DNA of 63,813 bases from a virus. Its lineage: Duplodnaviria; Caudoviricetes. The notes below the pieces were generated by a model. That model was not told the origin of the DNA. It saw nothing but the letters and a program-made list of their open reading frames with translations, and did no database searches. Location: positions 1-63,813 of the IMG/VR virus record IMGVR_UViG_3300044630_005032; one strand, 5' to 3'. Below are positions 17,297-26,474 of the stretch, in pieces; position 1 is the first letter of the stretch; every line of letters begins with the position of its first letter. A program made the position numbers and the translations under genes.

Positions 17297-17586
17297 CAGC
17301 ATCACTTCAAGCCGTTAGGCCGGTCGGCAATGGCGATGGCTATGGCTATGGCGATGGCTATGGCCATGGCGATGGCGATGGCGATGGCTATGGCTATGGC
17401 TATGGCCATGGCGATGGCTATGGCTATGGCTATGGCTATGGCGATGGCGATGGCGATGGCTATGGCTATGGCTATGGCTATGGCTATGGCTATGGCCATG
17501 GCGATGGCTATGGCTATGGCGATGGCGATGGCGATGGCTATGGCTATGGCCATGGCACCGTTTCAACTGCATTCAGAAGGCGCTAG
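17293..17586 (+). CDS. Gly-(Tyr/Asp/His) repeat protein
   Basis: GDGYGYGDGYGHG... with short unique termini. Confidence 0.6.
   Translation: MTASLQAVRPVGNGDGYGYGDGYGHGDGDGDGYGYGYGHGDGYGYGYGYGDGDGDGYGYGYGYGYGYGHGDGYGYGDGDGDGYGYGHGTVSTAFRRR
17330..17557. repeat. Hexamer tandem repeat (ATGGCN) x ~38
   Basis: Only one position in six varies (G/T/C). Confidence 0.95.
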
Positions 17587-17613
17587 CCCCTCCCCACCAC
17601 TACCCGACCGCCC

Positions 17614-17853
17614 ATGTCCACCCCTCTCGCCGAAGCCCTGCTCACCATCGGGGACCACCCCCTTTGCTCCATCGCCAGTGAGCGGCAATCCGACGATCTG
17701 GCCCCCTGGTTCTACGTCGAAAACGACGACAACAACGACTACACCAACGCCGAAGGCCTAGCCGCTACCCTGGCCAGCTACGACGAGACGCAGGCCCCTT
17801 ACCGCCTCACCGTGCTTCTACCGGCCGAGGAAGATGCTTTCGCGTACGCTTAG
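17614..17853 (+). CDS. Acidic hypothetical protein
   Basis: ORF after a C-rich leader. Confidence 0.55.
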   Translation: MSTPLAEALLTIGDHPLCSIASERQSDDLAPWFYVENDDNNDYTNAEGLAATLASYDETQAPYRLTVLLPAEEDAFAYA

Positions 17854-17892
17854 CTGCTGCGCTTCCCAAACCATACCACTCAGTTTCCCTTC

Positions 17893-18537
17893 ATGGCAAA
17901 CCCAACCACAGTTGAAGAATTGTTGGATTACTGGCCTGGCAACATCCCGTTCAAAGGGAGTCTTGTTAGCGATGATGGCTCTTGCATGTGCGCACAGGGT
18001 CAAGCCTTGCACTTCTTGGATAAATACAATTCAAGTGACTTGCGCTACATTGATCAGGCAACTGCCGACAAAAGAGTAGCAGAGCTTTTTGGTATCAGTC
18101 GCTCACATTCAGTGCTGCTACGAATTGTTAATGACAGACAAGATGGTGCGCCGTCGAATGTCATTCGCAATCCCGAACAGGTTTTAGGTGACCAGGCGCA
18201 TGTAGTACTGGCGTTTTGGCGGAATCTTGACCGCATGACTGCAAATGACTGGGACGCCGCATGGGACGCCGCATGGGCCGCCGCATGGGCCGCCGCACGG
18301 GACGCCGCATTGGCCGCCGCATGGGACGCCGCACGGGCCGCCGCATGGGACGCCGCATGGGACGCCGGACGGGACGCCGCACGGGACGCCTCATGGGACG
18401 CCGCACGGGCCGCCGCATGGGCGACAAACGAAATCCAAGGCGCCGCAGTTATGCGCGCAAAAGGTTTGCCGTTTTTCTTCCTGCCGCTATTTGGTTTTGC
18501 AGACCCAGAAGCTGTATTAGCGGCAGATAAAGCCTAA
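17893..18537 (+). CDS. Hypothetical protein with AAWD/AARD repeats
   Basis: CMCAQGQAL N-terminal domain; 12-bp coding repeat; flanked by an 18-bp direct repeat. Confidence 0.7.
   Translation: MANPTTVEELLDYWPGNIPFKGSLVSDDGSCMCAQGQALHFLDKYNSSDLRYIDQATADKRVAELFGISRSHSVLLRIVNDRQDGAPSNVIRNPEQVLGDQAHVVLAFWRNLDRMTANDWDAAWDAAWAAAWAAARDAALAAAWDAARAAAWDAAWDAGRDAARDASWDAARAAAWATNEIQGAAVMRAKGLPFFFLPLFGFADPEAVLAADKA
18250..18420. repeat. 12-bp coding tandem repeat (GGGACGCCGCAT variants) x ~14
   Basis: Direct inspection. Confidence 0.9.
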
Positions 18538-18579
18538 CCGCTGCGCTTCCCAAACCAAAACGTTGCATTCATTTTTGCC

Positions 18580-19008
18580 ATGGAAAATCTAAACCGCGAT
18601 CCTTATCGCCAAGTTCCCCACCAAGGAAAATTCTTTACAGAAGGAGGAAAAACTTTTTATTGGAATTTTAGCAATGCAAAACCTGGAACAAGACATAAAT
18701 CAAAACAACAAGCTTGGCGAGCTACTGGAATGCCGGTAGTGCAAATGGAAGCAGAACTTTCCGAGCACCCTATGTTTCCCGGTGCAGCACCGGTTTTCCA
18801 GGGGCTAATCTCTAGTCCAGGTTTTTATTTTGAAGTAGATAGCGACGTTACTGCAGTTGAAAACGCAGTAACGCCAGACGGAGTGATTACCAAATGGCGT
18901 GTTAATAATGCTTTGAGTGGGGCCATGCAAACAATGATTGCATGGAGCAGCAATTCTGCTGACGAATACAAAGCGGCCAAGGCTGCGGCCCAGATCTCCG
19001 CAAATTAA
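18580..19008 (+). CDS. Hypothetical protein (AT-rich cassette)
   Basis: ORF following the second copy of the 18-bp repeat. Confidence 0.65.
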   Translation: MENLNRDPYRQVPHQGKFFTEGGKTFYWNFSNAKPGTRHKSKQQAWRATGMPVVQMEAELSEHPMFPGAAPVFQGLISSPGFYFEVDSDVTAVENAVTPDGVITKWRVNNALSGAMQTMIAWSSNSADEYKAAKAAAQISAN

Positions 19009-19045
19009 CAGTCAATCCCCTTTAAGCCAAACTGCTCCATTCCCA

Positions 19046-19303
19046 ATGCCCACGATCACCCACACCCCCCGCCAGCAGCCGGTAGCCACCACCTTGGATC
19101 AACTGCTAGCCGATGCCGAGGCCACCGCCCGCGCCATCGAAGACAACGCCCGCGAAGACGGCATCCCCGTGGATGCCCTGGCCCTTAGCAACTGGCGCAG
19201 CCGCATCTATCGCATCACCTCCGCCCTCACCAACGCATCAATCCCCACCCCCACGCCATTCCTGCCGACCTTCCCCTCCTTCACCGGTAAGGAATTGCTC
19301 TGA
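19046..19303 (+). CDS. Hypothetical protein
   Basis: ORF in operon direction. Confidence 0.55.
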   Translation: MPTITHTPRQQPVATTLDQLLADAEATARAIEDNAREDGIPVDALALSNWRSRIYRITSALTNASIPTPTPFLPTFPSFTGKELL

Positions 19304-19307
19304 TCCT

Positions 19308-19491
19308 CGGGGCATGGCCCGGTGTCATTGCCGGAACACCTGCGCTCCCTGGTGATGCCATCCACTGCTCGGGTTAAGCGGTGGAACACATGGCCTCTCA
19401 CCTGCATCTGGACCCGTCGAGGTCTGCCGTTGATTCCAGGGTCTTCATGCTCCAAGAGAACGGCAGCAAGCGCAGCGCCTGTTAGACCCCG
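19308..19491 (+). ncRNA. Candidate multi-stem structured RNA
   Basis: Nested stems CGGGG/CCCCG, TGCGCT/AGCGCA, GGTGA-GCCAT/ATGGC-TCACC, CCACTGCT/AGCGGTGG, CTGCCGTT/AACGGCAG. Confidence 0.45.
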
Positions 19492-19510
19492 AACCCTTCA
19501 TCACCACCCC

Positions 19511-19714
19511 ATGACCTTCTCAATCACCTACCACCCTCCGACCCGTGCAAATTCCATCCTCCCCAGCATCTTCCAGTCCAGCGACACCAAGCACACCGAA
19601 TGGGTCACGCCTGACGGCTGGAGTGCCCACGACGCCAAACAAGCCTTTGAGGCGCGTCACCCCGGCGCCGTTGTCCTTCGTTGTGACGCCATCCCCTGCG
19701 AGGTTCTCGCTTGA
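19511..19714 (+). CDS. Hypothetical protein
   Basis: ATG after a C-rich leader. Confidence 0.55.
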   Translation: MTFSITYHPPTRANSILPSIFQSSDTKHTEWVTPDGWSAHDAKQAFEARHPGAVVLRCDAIPCEVLA

Positions 19715-19945
19715 GCCGTCCCTTCCCACGGTTTCTGATCGCAGCTCTGCTAGTGCTGCTGATCGCGCAGAGGAGGTGCTCCAAGCCGAGCGCCGCCGCC
19801 GCAGTGAAGCCTCCGATCGCCGAGTAGGGCCCACCTTGCTTGTCATCCTGCTATTGCTGGGGGCTGTCATCCTTGGCCAAGCCCTGGCCCTGCGGGACGC
19901 ACATCAGCAGCTGCTGCACGAACGCCACGTAGCACCGAGGGCCCG

Positions 19946-20275
19946 ATGAGCGAAGCGAATGGCCTGACGCCCTGCTGCGCTAACTGCCGGTTCTTCGTCG
20001 AGCCAGACGATGGGCAAGGCACCTGCAAACGCTACGCCCCCAGGCCAGCGCAAGGCGAGGCCTGGGCTGAGTGGCCGTGGGTGCTGCCTCACGACTGGTG
20101 CGGCGAGTGGGCTCAGCCCCTCAGCAATGACGAGCTGTTTGCCGACTACCTGGCACGCAATGTAGGCGCCAAGCCCCTGCTTGACGGGATCCCGGTGATG
20201 CCCACCGACGACCTTTTGACCAAACCTACCGACCCGTCAGTGATCACCTACGACTTTGAGGATCTCCTTCGATGA
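19946..20275 (+). CDS. Cys-rich small protein
   Basis: CANCRFF...GTCKRYAP...WP.V...DWCGEW. Confidence 0.65.
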   Translation: MSEANGLTPCCANCRFFVEPDDGQGTCKRYAPRPAQGEAWAEWPWVLPHDWCGEWAQPLSNDELFADYLARNVGAKPLLDGIPVMPTDDLLTKPTDPSVITYDFEDLLR

Positions 20276-20439
20276 CCTACCAGATCAGCTGGTATATCAA
20301 ACGCAAGCCCGGCCCCGGCCGCCGCGCACTGGTCGGAACAGAGCGCTTTGAACTGTTCACCGAAGCGTCAACGCGCACCGAATCGTTGTTGGCTGAGGGA
20401 ATGGAGGTGCGCATCCTGCCCCTAGAGGTGAAGGGATGA
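20272..20439 (+). CDS. Small hypothetical protein, not in the ORF track
   Basis: ATGA-coupled at both ends (MTYQISWYIK...). Confidence 0.5.
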   Translation: MTYQISWYIKRKPGPGRRALVGTERFELFTEASTRTESLLAEGMEVRILPLEVKG

Positions 20440-20885
20440 GCAGCTCACTACTGCCTGCAGACCTCGCTTCGCTGCGCAAGGCCGCTGCCGCTGGCTACAC
20501 CCATGCACGGGTGCTCCTGCACCTGCTGGAGCGAGTGGAGGCGCTGGAGCAACTGCATCAGGACAAGCTCGACCGGCTGATCGCGCTGGATCGAGGCGAC
20601 GACGAGCCCACCCCCGAGGCTGCCCATCCCAGCCACGGAAACAGTGAGTACACCGACCAGGAGTGGGCCGAAATTAAACGCTGGAGGCAGCAGCCACCAG
20701 CTTCCCAGCCCGCCCCGCCGGCCGCGCCTGCCGGGGGGTTGCTGGAGAGGGTTTGCGGAGAGATGACCGGGGACGACGATCCATCCATTGATGCCCGCGC
20801 CGCAATCCGCGAAGTGGCGGAGTGGTTGGATCAGCAGGGCCAGCACGGTTGCTCGCTGCTGCTGCGTGAGGAGGCTGGCCGATGA
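20436..20885 (+). CDS. Mosaic hypothetical protein
   Basis: LLERVEALE and ARAAIREVAEWL modules. Confidence 0.65.
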   Translation: MSSSLLPADLASLRKAAAAGYTHARVLLHLLERVEALEQLHQDKLDRLIALDRGDDEPTPEAAHPSHGNSEYTDQEWAEIKRWRQQPPASQPAPPAAPAGGLLERVCGEMTGDDDPSIDARAAIREVAEWLDQQGQHGCSLLLREEAGR

Positions 20886-21061
20886 ACGCCCGAACATTGA
20901 AAGCCGCCATAACCGAAGCCGAGCGCTTTCTGGATCTGGCCAGAGAGCTTCAGCCCGAATTCGCCAACGGCTATTACAACGGCAGCAAAGTTTCAGGCGC
21001 CACCCGCCGCGCATCCATGGACTTGACCCGTGCCCTTGCTGATCTCAGGAGGCCGACATGA
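20882..21061 (+). CDS. Small hypothetical protein, not in the ORF track
   Basis: MNARTLKAAITEAERFL...RRASMDLTRALADLR; ATGA-coupled. Confidence 0.55.
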   Translation: MNARTLKAAITEAERFLDLARELQPEFANGYYNGSKVSGATRRASMDLTRALADLRRPT

Positions 21062-21093
21062 TTGAAATCAACTGCCACCAAAACGGAGGCAAC

Positions 21094-22053
21094 ATGAGCA
21101 CCCCCAGTATCCGCGCCGCCCTGGAGCAATGGCGCGACCTAGCCCAGACGGATCTGCTTTGTCCCGCAAATCCAGCCGAAACTGACTGGGGCGCTGTTGT
21201 CGTCGCTATCGCCGCAACACACGCCGCCCTGGCTCAGCCGGGGGGGGAGGGTCGCTGGTCTGAAGGTGTCTGCGGAGACGGCGCCGCAATTCTTTTTGAT
21301 GGGGCGATGGTTCCGATCGAGGAGGTTGTCCGAGCGCTGAACCGTACCCCCGCCACCCCACCAGCGCCGGAAACAGATGACGGCGATGTTGCTATTGATC
21401 GGTGGATTGAAGGCCGCCCAGATTGGCCCGAAGGCTGGCCCGGTGTGACCCAGTGCCAGCTGACTGCGCTGATCGGCGAGGCGCTGGAGCATTGGGGCCG
21501 TCCCGCCACCTTGCCAGCGCCAGAGGTGCTCGCTGCGGAGGTAAGGGAGTTGGTGACGTGGCTAGGGGAAGGGGTTGCCAAGACCGCTGATGAGTACCCC
21601 GACGCAAGCGCCAAGCTCGCCCGCGCCGCCACGTTGCTTCAGCAGCAGGAATCGCGTGCTGCCTTTCTTCGATATGTTTTGATTGACTGCGGCCAGGCCG
21701 TTGGCGGGCTAGTGAATCAGAGCTGCTCGGACTCGTTCTTACTGGACGTGGCTACCGAGGTTCGCCTGGCAATAGCCAAGCCCGCCCCGGCGGGGGTGCC
21801 GGTGGCGGTAAGTGAGTGGGAAGACGGCTTCATGGGTGGCGTCTGTGTGGCGCTGGCAACGGTAAAGGCGCATGGGGACAATGCTATTTGGAGGGACATC
21901 GTGCGCTCGGTTGGTGTTGACAACGCCCTGAACTATGCGGCTAATGTAAACCCGGAGGATTGGGACTTGGCTGGCTTTAGTGAGTATGCCCAAGCCGAGC
22001 TGGGCAAGGACAGGCCAGCCCCGCTACCCCAGGCCGGGGAGGGGGAGGCGTGA
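21094..22053 (+). CDS. Mosaic hypothetical protein
   Basis: Long ORF with GGAGG upstream; proline-rich linkers between short modules. Confidence 0.65.
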   Translation: MSTPSIRAALEQWRDLAQTDLLCPANPAETDWGAVVVAIAATHAALAQPGGEGRWSEGVCGDGAAILFDGAMVPIEEVVRALNRTPATPPAPETDDGDVAIDRWIEGRPDWPEGWPGVTQCQLTALIGEALEHWGRPATLPAPEVLAAEVRELVTWLGEGVAKTADEYPDASAKLARAATLLQQQESRAAFLRYVLIDCGQAVGGLVNQSCSDSFLLDVATEVRLAIAKPAPAGVPVAVSEWEDGFMGGVCVALATVKAHGDNAIWRDIVRSVGVDNALNYAANVNPEDWDLAGFSEYAQAELGKDRPAPLPQAGEGEA

Positions 22054-22174
22054 ACAACAAGCAACTCTATCTACTCTGCGCCGTGATTCTCTTCATGGTG
22101 AGCAACATATTCCAGCCTGCACTGCTATTCGGGCTTGCGTTGTTTTTCCTTACCCTGTTTTTATTCACAGAAAC

Positions 22175-22609
22175 ATGAGCAAACCACTAATGCCTAAGCG
22201 CCTCCCGGACATTCCCGCAGGCTCAACCATCCGCCAAAACACGGATGGATCCTGGCAATATAAGCGGTGGAACATTGGCCCGTGGCTTCCGATGCCAGAC
22301 CCCCAGGGAGCCGCGCCATGGACCGATGGACCGGCTGTGTCCAAGAACAGGGAACCGGCCTCCGTCGCTGCTGATCTTAGCCCAACCCCCGCCGACCGCC
22401 TGGCCCTGGCGGTGTGCGTTGCCGTCTTACCTGGATCAAAGCCCTGCAACGCCCCGTGCAATGCCTGCCGCGTGAACTCCGCCGCCGTCGCACACGAGAT
22501 TGCCCGGCAACTGCGAGAGCGCTACGGCAGCAGCGCCACAGCCGATTGGCTTGACGGGGTGGGGTGCCACACGTCGGGGGCCGTGCAAACCGTGCAGGAG
22601 GGGCAATGA
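22175..22609 (+). CDS. Hypothetical protein
   Basis: PCNAPCNAC motif; coupled to the next ORF. Confidence 0.5.
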   Translation: MSKPLMPKRLPDIPAGSTIRQNTDGSWQYKRWNIGPWLPMPDPQGAAPWTDGPAVSKNREPASVAADLSPTPADRLALAVCVAVLPGSKPCNAPCNACRVNSAAVAHEIARQLRERYGSSATADWLDGVGCHTSGAVQTVQEGQ

Positions 22610-22875
22610 TCGTCTTTCTTTACAGCCCACCCGCTCCAAGGCCCGAACCACCACCCGCCGACTGCTTCCGCCTTGGCGACATCTGGCGATCCCCTCGCCT
22701 GAAGGATTGGCAGGTGGACAAGGTTGAAGGCGGGACACGCGGAGGGATCGCCAGGCTGCGAGCCCTGCACAACCGGCACTCAACCCAGTGGCGCGGAATA
22801 TGGGAAACCGGCAGGGACATGACCAACGCATGGGAGCGGCTTCAGTCCGCTGCTGATCCGGTTACCTATCTATGA
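22606..22875 (+). CDS. Hypothetical protein
   Basis: ATGA-coupled; FRLGDIWRSPR. Confidence 0.5.
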   Translation: MIVFLYSPPAPRPEPPPADCFRLGDIWRSPRLKDWQVDKVEGGTRGGIARLRALHNRHSTQWRGIWETGRDMTNAWERLQSAADPVTYL

Positions 22876-23038
22876 CCACCACCAAAATCCCCGGCTGGGG
22901 CCTCCGCATCCTCAAGGTCCGCAGCGCCAACGGCACACCCGAGGCACTGATCCTTCCCCCAGGCCACGAGGCCCCGTTCTGGACGGACCTCCGCCAGATC
23001 GCCCAGCACCAAGCCCGCACCATCTACGAACCCATCAA

Positions 23039-23554
23039 ATGACCGTTCTCGCTGACTTCCAGATCCGTGCCCTATGCGAAGCCGGCATGGTCACCCCCTT
23101 TGACCCAGCCCTCCTCAACCCTGCAAGCCTGGACCTTCGCCTGGGCTCGAACATCCTGATCGAGTCCAGCGAGGGGCCCGGCCTTGTGCCTTACTGCATG
23201 GCCCACCACACCGCAGGCGACCCCTACCGCATGGTGCCGGGGCAGTTTGTGCTCGCAGAGGGGGAGCCCATCTTCAACCTGCCAGACAACATCGCCGCGC
23301 AGTTCGTGCTCAAATCGTCCCGCGCCCGCGAAGGCCTCCAGCACCTGCTAGCCGGATGGTGTGACCCCGGTTGGAACGGCTCACGCCTCACCCTGGAGCT
23401 GAAAAACGTGAGGCAGCTCCACTGGGTTGGCATCTACCCAGGCCTCAAGATCGGGCAGATGAAGTTCATGCGCATGGACTCCACGCCCCTTGCGTCCTAT
23501 GCCGAGGTTGGAAGATACAACGGGGATGTGACGGTCACTTCATCGCGTGGTTAG
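23039..23554 (+). CDS. dcd: dCTP deaminase / trimeric dUTPase family
   Basis: NPASLDLRLG, KSSRAREG, AGWCDPGWNG, LTLEL, IGQMKF. Confidence 0.92.
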   Translation: MTVLADFQIRALCEAGMVTPFDPALLNPASLDLRLGSNILIESSEGPGLVPYCMAHHTAGDPYRMVPGQFVLAEGEPIFNLPDNIAAQFVLKSSRAREGLQHLLAGWCDPGWNGSRLTLELKNVRQLHWVGIYPGLKIGQMKFMRMDSTPLASYAEVGRYNGDVTVTSSRG

Positions 23555-23591
23555 CCGTTGCCGTTCCCAAACGGCAATTATGGCTTAGACT

Positions 23592-24095
23592 ATGGGCGAC
23601 CGCAACGCCGCGTTACTCGTGCCTGCTGGCCGCCCAAGCAAGCTCACACCTGAATTGGTGAAAGCGGCCAAGCAGCACGCAGCGGATGGTTTGCCCGTTG
23701 GAATGATCGCCAGCCTTCTCGGGGTTCATCGAGCCACCTGCAGCACCTGGATCAAGAAAGCAGACGAAGAGGAAGAAAGCAGCCTTTATCGCCAATTTCG
23801 CGAAGCTATCTTTTTTGCTGACGCGGAATATTGCCGCACCTTACTGCTTGGCATCAAGAAGCAGGCTGATGGAGGCAACCCTTGGGCTGCAACCTGGCTG
23901 CTGACGCATCATCCCAGGCTGCGTGATCACTTCTCGGATGCTGCCGCAGATCGCCGCGTAGAGCGCAAGACGGTCGCCACCGTGATGGATGCCCTTGCCT
24001 CTGCGGGGCTCACCCCAGACGATGAACGGCGGGTGCTGCTGCAGATCCAGGCCCGTGGCCTCGGGACGCCTCCTGTTGATGAGGGGGAAGAATGA
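23592..24095 (+). CDS. Terminase small subunit-like HTH protein
   Basis: GRPSKLTPE + HTH (IASLLGVHRATCSTW) + WAATWLL; upstream of TerL. Confidence 0.65.
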   Translation: MGDRNAALLVPAGRPSKLTPELVKAAKQHAADGLPVGMIASLLGVHRATCSTWIKKADEEEESSLYRQFREAIFFADAEYCRTLLLGIKKQADGGNPWAATWLLTHHPRLRDHFSDAAADRRVERKTVATVMDALASAGLTPDDERRVLLQIQARGLGTPPVDEGEE

Positions 24096-24748
24096 CCAAA
24101 CCCACAGCACCCCGTGGTCGCTTCATCGCCCTGGAAGGCATCGACGGCTGCGGCAAGAGCACGCAGATCGAGGCCCTGCGCCAATGGCTGCCCACCAGTG
24201 GACTGATGCCCCAAGGCGCCCGCGTGATCGTGAGCCGAGAGCCTGGGGGAACCGCCCTGGGCCAAGCCCTGCGGGAGCTGTTGCTGCATCCTCCCGATGG
24301 AACGGCCCCCGTGCCTCGCGCAGAGCTGCTGCTGTATGCGGCCGACCGTGCCCAGCATGTTCAGACGGTCCTGCAACCGGCGTTGGAGCGGGGGGATTGG
24401 GTGTTGTGTGATCGCTTCACCGGATCAACCGCCGCGTATCAGGGCTATGGCAGGGGATGGGGCGAGCCTCTGTTGCGCACACTGGAAACCGTGACCACAG
24501 GCGGTCTTCAGGCCGACCTTACCCTCTGGCTGGATGTGTCCGTGGCCGAGTCGATCCGGCGCCGTGGCGGGCAAATGGCCGACCGCATCGAGGCGGAAGG
24601 GGAATCTTTCCTGGGCCACGTGAGGGTAGGTTTTAGCTACCTGGCTGAACAGCGTGGATGGGCCGGCATTAATGCAGAACAGCCCGTAGCCGCTGTGACG
24701 GCGGACTGTTGCCGCGCCCTGGCCCGCAGCTTTGGGGGGCGGGCATGA
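24092..24748 (+). CDS. tmk: Thymidylate kinase
   Basis: FIALEGIDGCGKSTQ, REPGGT, LLYAADRAQH, CDRF...AYQG. Confidence 0.95.
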   Translation: MTKPTAPRGRFIALEGIDGCGKSTQIEALRQWLPTSGLMPQGARVIVSREPGGTALGQALRELLLHPPDGTAPVPRAELLLYAADRAQHVQTVLQPALERGDWVLCDRFTGSTAAYQGYGRGWGEPLLRTLETVTTGGLQADLTLWLDVSVAESIRRRGGQMADRIEAEGESFLGHVRVGFSYLAEQRGWAGINAEQPVAAVTADCCRALARSFGGRA

Positions 24749-25023
24749 CCGATCTAGTCCGCACCCTGCTGGCACGACGGCCCTATGTGAGTGAAGGCAC
24801 CCTGCTTGATTGCCTGGAGCTGGCCGAATGGTTGGATATGCGCATCCGGGCAGGCATTGTCCCGGAGATTACTACCGCTGAGATGATGAGCCGGTGGCAG
24901 TGCTCGCAGTCCACCGTGAGCAGGCGGATTGCGGCATTACGTGAACACCAGTTGATTGAGGTTACGGACCACCCAGGGCCCGGCGCCTACTGGGCGGTGT
25001 ATCGCGTGGGGCCGGTGGGATGA
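24745..25023 (+). CDS. Small winged-HTH protein
   Basis: TTAEMMSRWQCSQSTVSRRIAALREHQLI. Confidence 0.7.
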   Translation: MTDLVRTLLARRPYVSEGTLLDCLELAEWLDMRIRAGIVPEITTAEMMSRWQCSQSTVSRRIAALREHQLIEVTDHPGPGAYWAVYRVGPVG

Positions 25024-26474
25024 CCCCCCACCGCGCCCCTGACCCCTCCTCGCGCCTCGCCGTGCTGGAGCTGGAAAGCACCGCAGCGGCGCACATGCGT
25101 CTTGACATCCCCGCCACCCTCGCCCGCATCCGCGACGACCTCCACGGCGGGCAGGTTGAGCTGTTCGATGACACCACCACCCGTGAGATCGGCGTGGCCG
25201 CTGGCTACGGGGCAGGGAAGACCCTGGGAGCCTGTGCCAAAGCCTTTCAGCTCGCGGTGCTGAATCAGGGCTTTATCGGCTGCGTGCTGGAGCCAACTGG
25301 GCCCATGCTGCGGGACATCTGGATCAGGAAGTTTGATGCCTTCCTTGATCACTACGGCATCCCCTACACCTTCCGTGCATCGCCGCTCCCCGAGCACATC
25401 CTCCACCTACCTGATGGTGATACGCCCGTACTAGCCCGGAGCTTTGAGAACTTCAAGCGCATTGTCGGCCCCGACTGGGCATGGGCCCTTGTTGACGAGG
25501 TGGACACCGTTCAGGAGCAGATCGCCGCACGGGGTTACGAGAAGATCCTCGGCCGCATCCGGGTTGGCCATGTCAGCCAGCTTGTCTTCCTTTCCACCCC
25601 TGAAGGATTCGTCTGGCATTACAAGACCTTCGGCACCGTTGAAGCCCAGGCCGATCCTGGTAAGCGGTTGATCAGGATGCGCACGCAAGACAACCCACAC
25701 TTGCCCGAGGCTTACCTGGACAACCTGCGCACCCGATACACCAGCAATATGCTAAAGGCTTACATGGAAGGCATCTACATCAACCTGAAGAGTGGCCAGG
25801 TTTACGACCGCTTCAACCGTGATTATCACGTCAAGCCGCTACCTGATGGCCTACAGCTCACTGATCAGATCCTGATCGGCATCGATTTCAACGTAGGTAA
25901 TATGTCAGGCATCCTGCTAGTGGTCCGCAAGGGTATTGCCCACGCCTTTGGCGAGATCATGGGCGCCCATGACACCGATGACCTGTGCCGCAAGGTCCGC
26001 AAGCGATTCCCCGAGCGTTCGATCTGGGCCTATCCCGATGCCAGCGGCGCCAACCGCAGCACTAATGCCAGCCTGTCGGACATCGGGATCCTGAAGTCCT
26101 ACGGCTTTGCCAACTACGCCCCTGATGCCAATCCCCCGGTGCGCGATCGGGTGAACGTGGTGCAGGCTCTGCTGTTGAACGCCAAGGGTGAGACAAGGTT
26201 CTGGATCAGCCCAGAGTGCCCACGGCTGATCGAGGCCCTAGAGCGACAGCCCTACAACGAGCAGGGCGAGCCGGACAAGAAGACCGGCTACGACCATCCC
26301 AATGATGCCGTTGGCTACCCGCTGCATCGCCTGTTTGCTGCAGAGCTGGGCTACGGGCCCGGCGGCCCCATGCGGATCACCACCGCCACTTACGGCCACG
26401 GTTCTACCGCACTGCTGCAGCAGCCGGAGCCCCCACCACCCCGGCGGCGGTCCGCTATCCCCGGCTTCCGATGA
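25020..26474 (+). CDS. terL: Terminase large subunit
   Basis: Walker A AGYGAGKT, Walker B ALVDE, LSTPEG; nuclease GIDFN, DASG, DHPNDA. Confidence 0.93.
   Translation: MTPHRAPDPSSRLAVLELESTAAAHMRLDIPATLARIRDDLHGGQVELFDDTTTREIGVAAGYGAGKTLGACAKAFQLAVLNQGFIGCVLEPTGPMLRDIWIRKFDAFLDHYGIPYTFRASPLPEHILHLPDGDTPVLARSFENFKRIVGPDWAWALVDEVDTVQEQIAARGYEKILGRIRVGHVSQLVFLSTPEGFVWHYKTFGTVEAQADPGKRLIRMRTQDNPHLPEAYLDNLRTRYTSNMLKAYMEGIYINLKSGQVYDRFNRDYHVKPLPDGLQLTDQILIGIDFNVGNMSGILLVVRKGIAHAFGEIMGAHDTDDLCRKVRKRFPERSIWAYPDASGANRSTNASLSDIGILKSYGFANYAPDANPPVRDRVNVVQALLLNAKGETRFWISPECPRLIEALERQPYNEQGEPDKKTGYDHPNDAVGYPLHRLFAAELGYGPGGPMRITTATYGHGSTALLQQPEPPPPRRRSAIPGFR

Noticed and set aside
17302-17761. MAMAMA, AIAIAI and HSHSH ORFs
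   Set aside because: Alternative-frame readings of the hexamer repeat; only the G-X frame is coupled to the upstream gene
18161-18530. MRRP, GTPH and MGRR repeat ORFs
   Set aside because: Shadow frames of the 12-bp repeat inside 17893-18537
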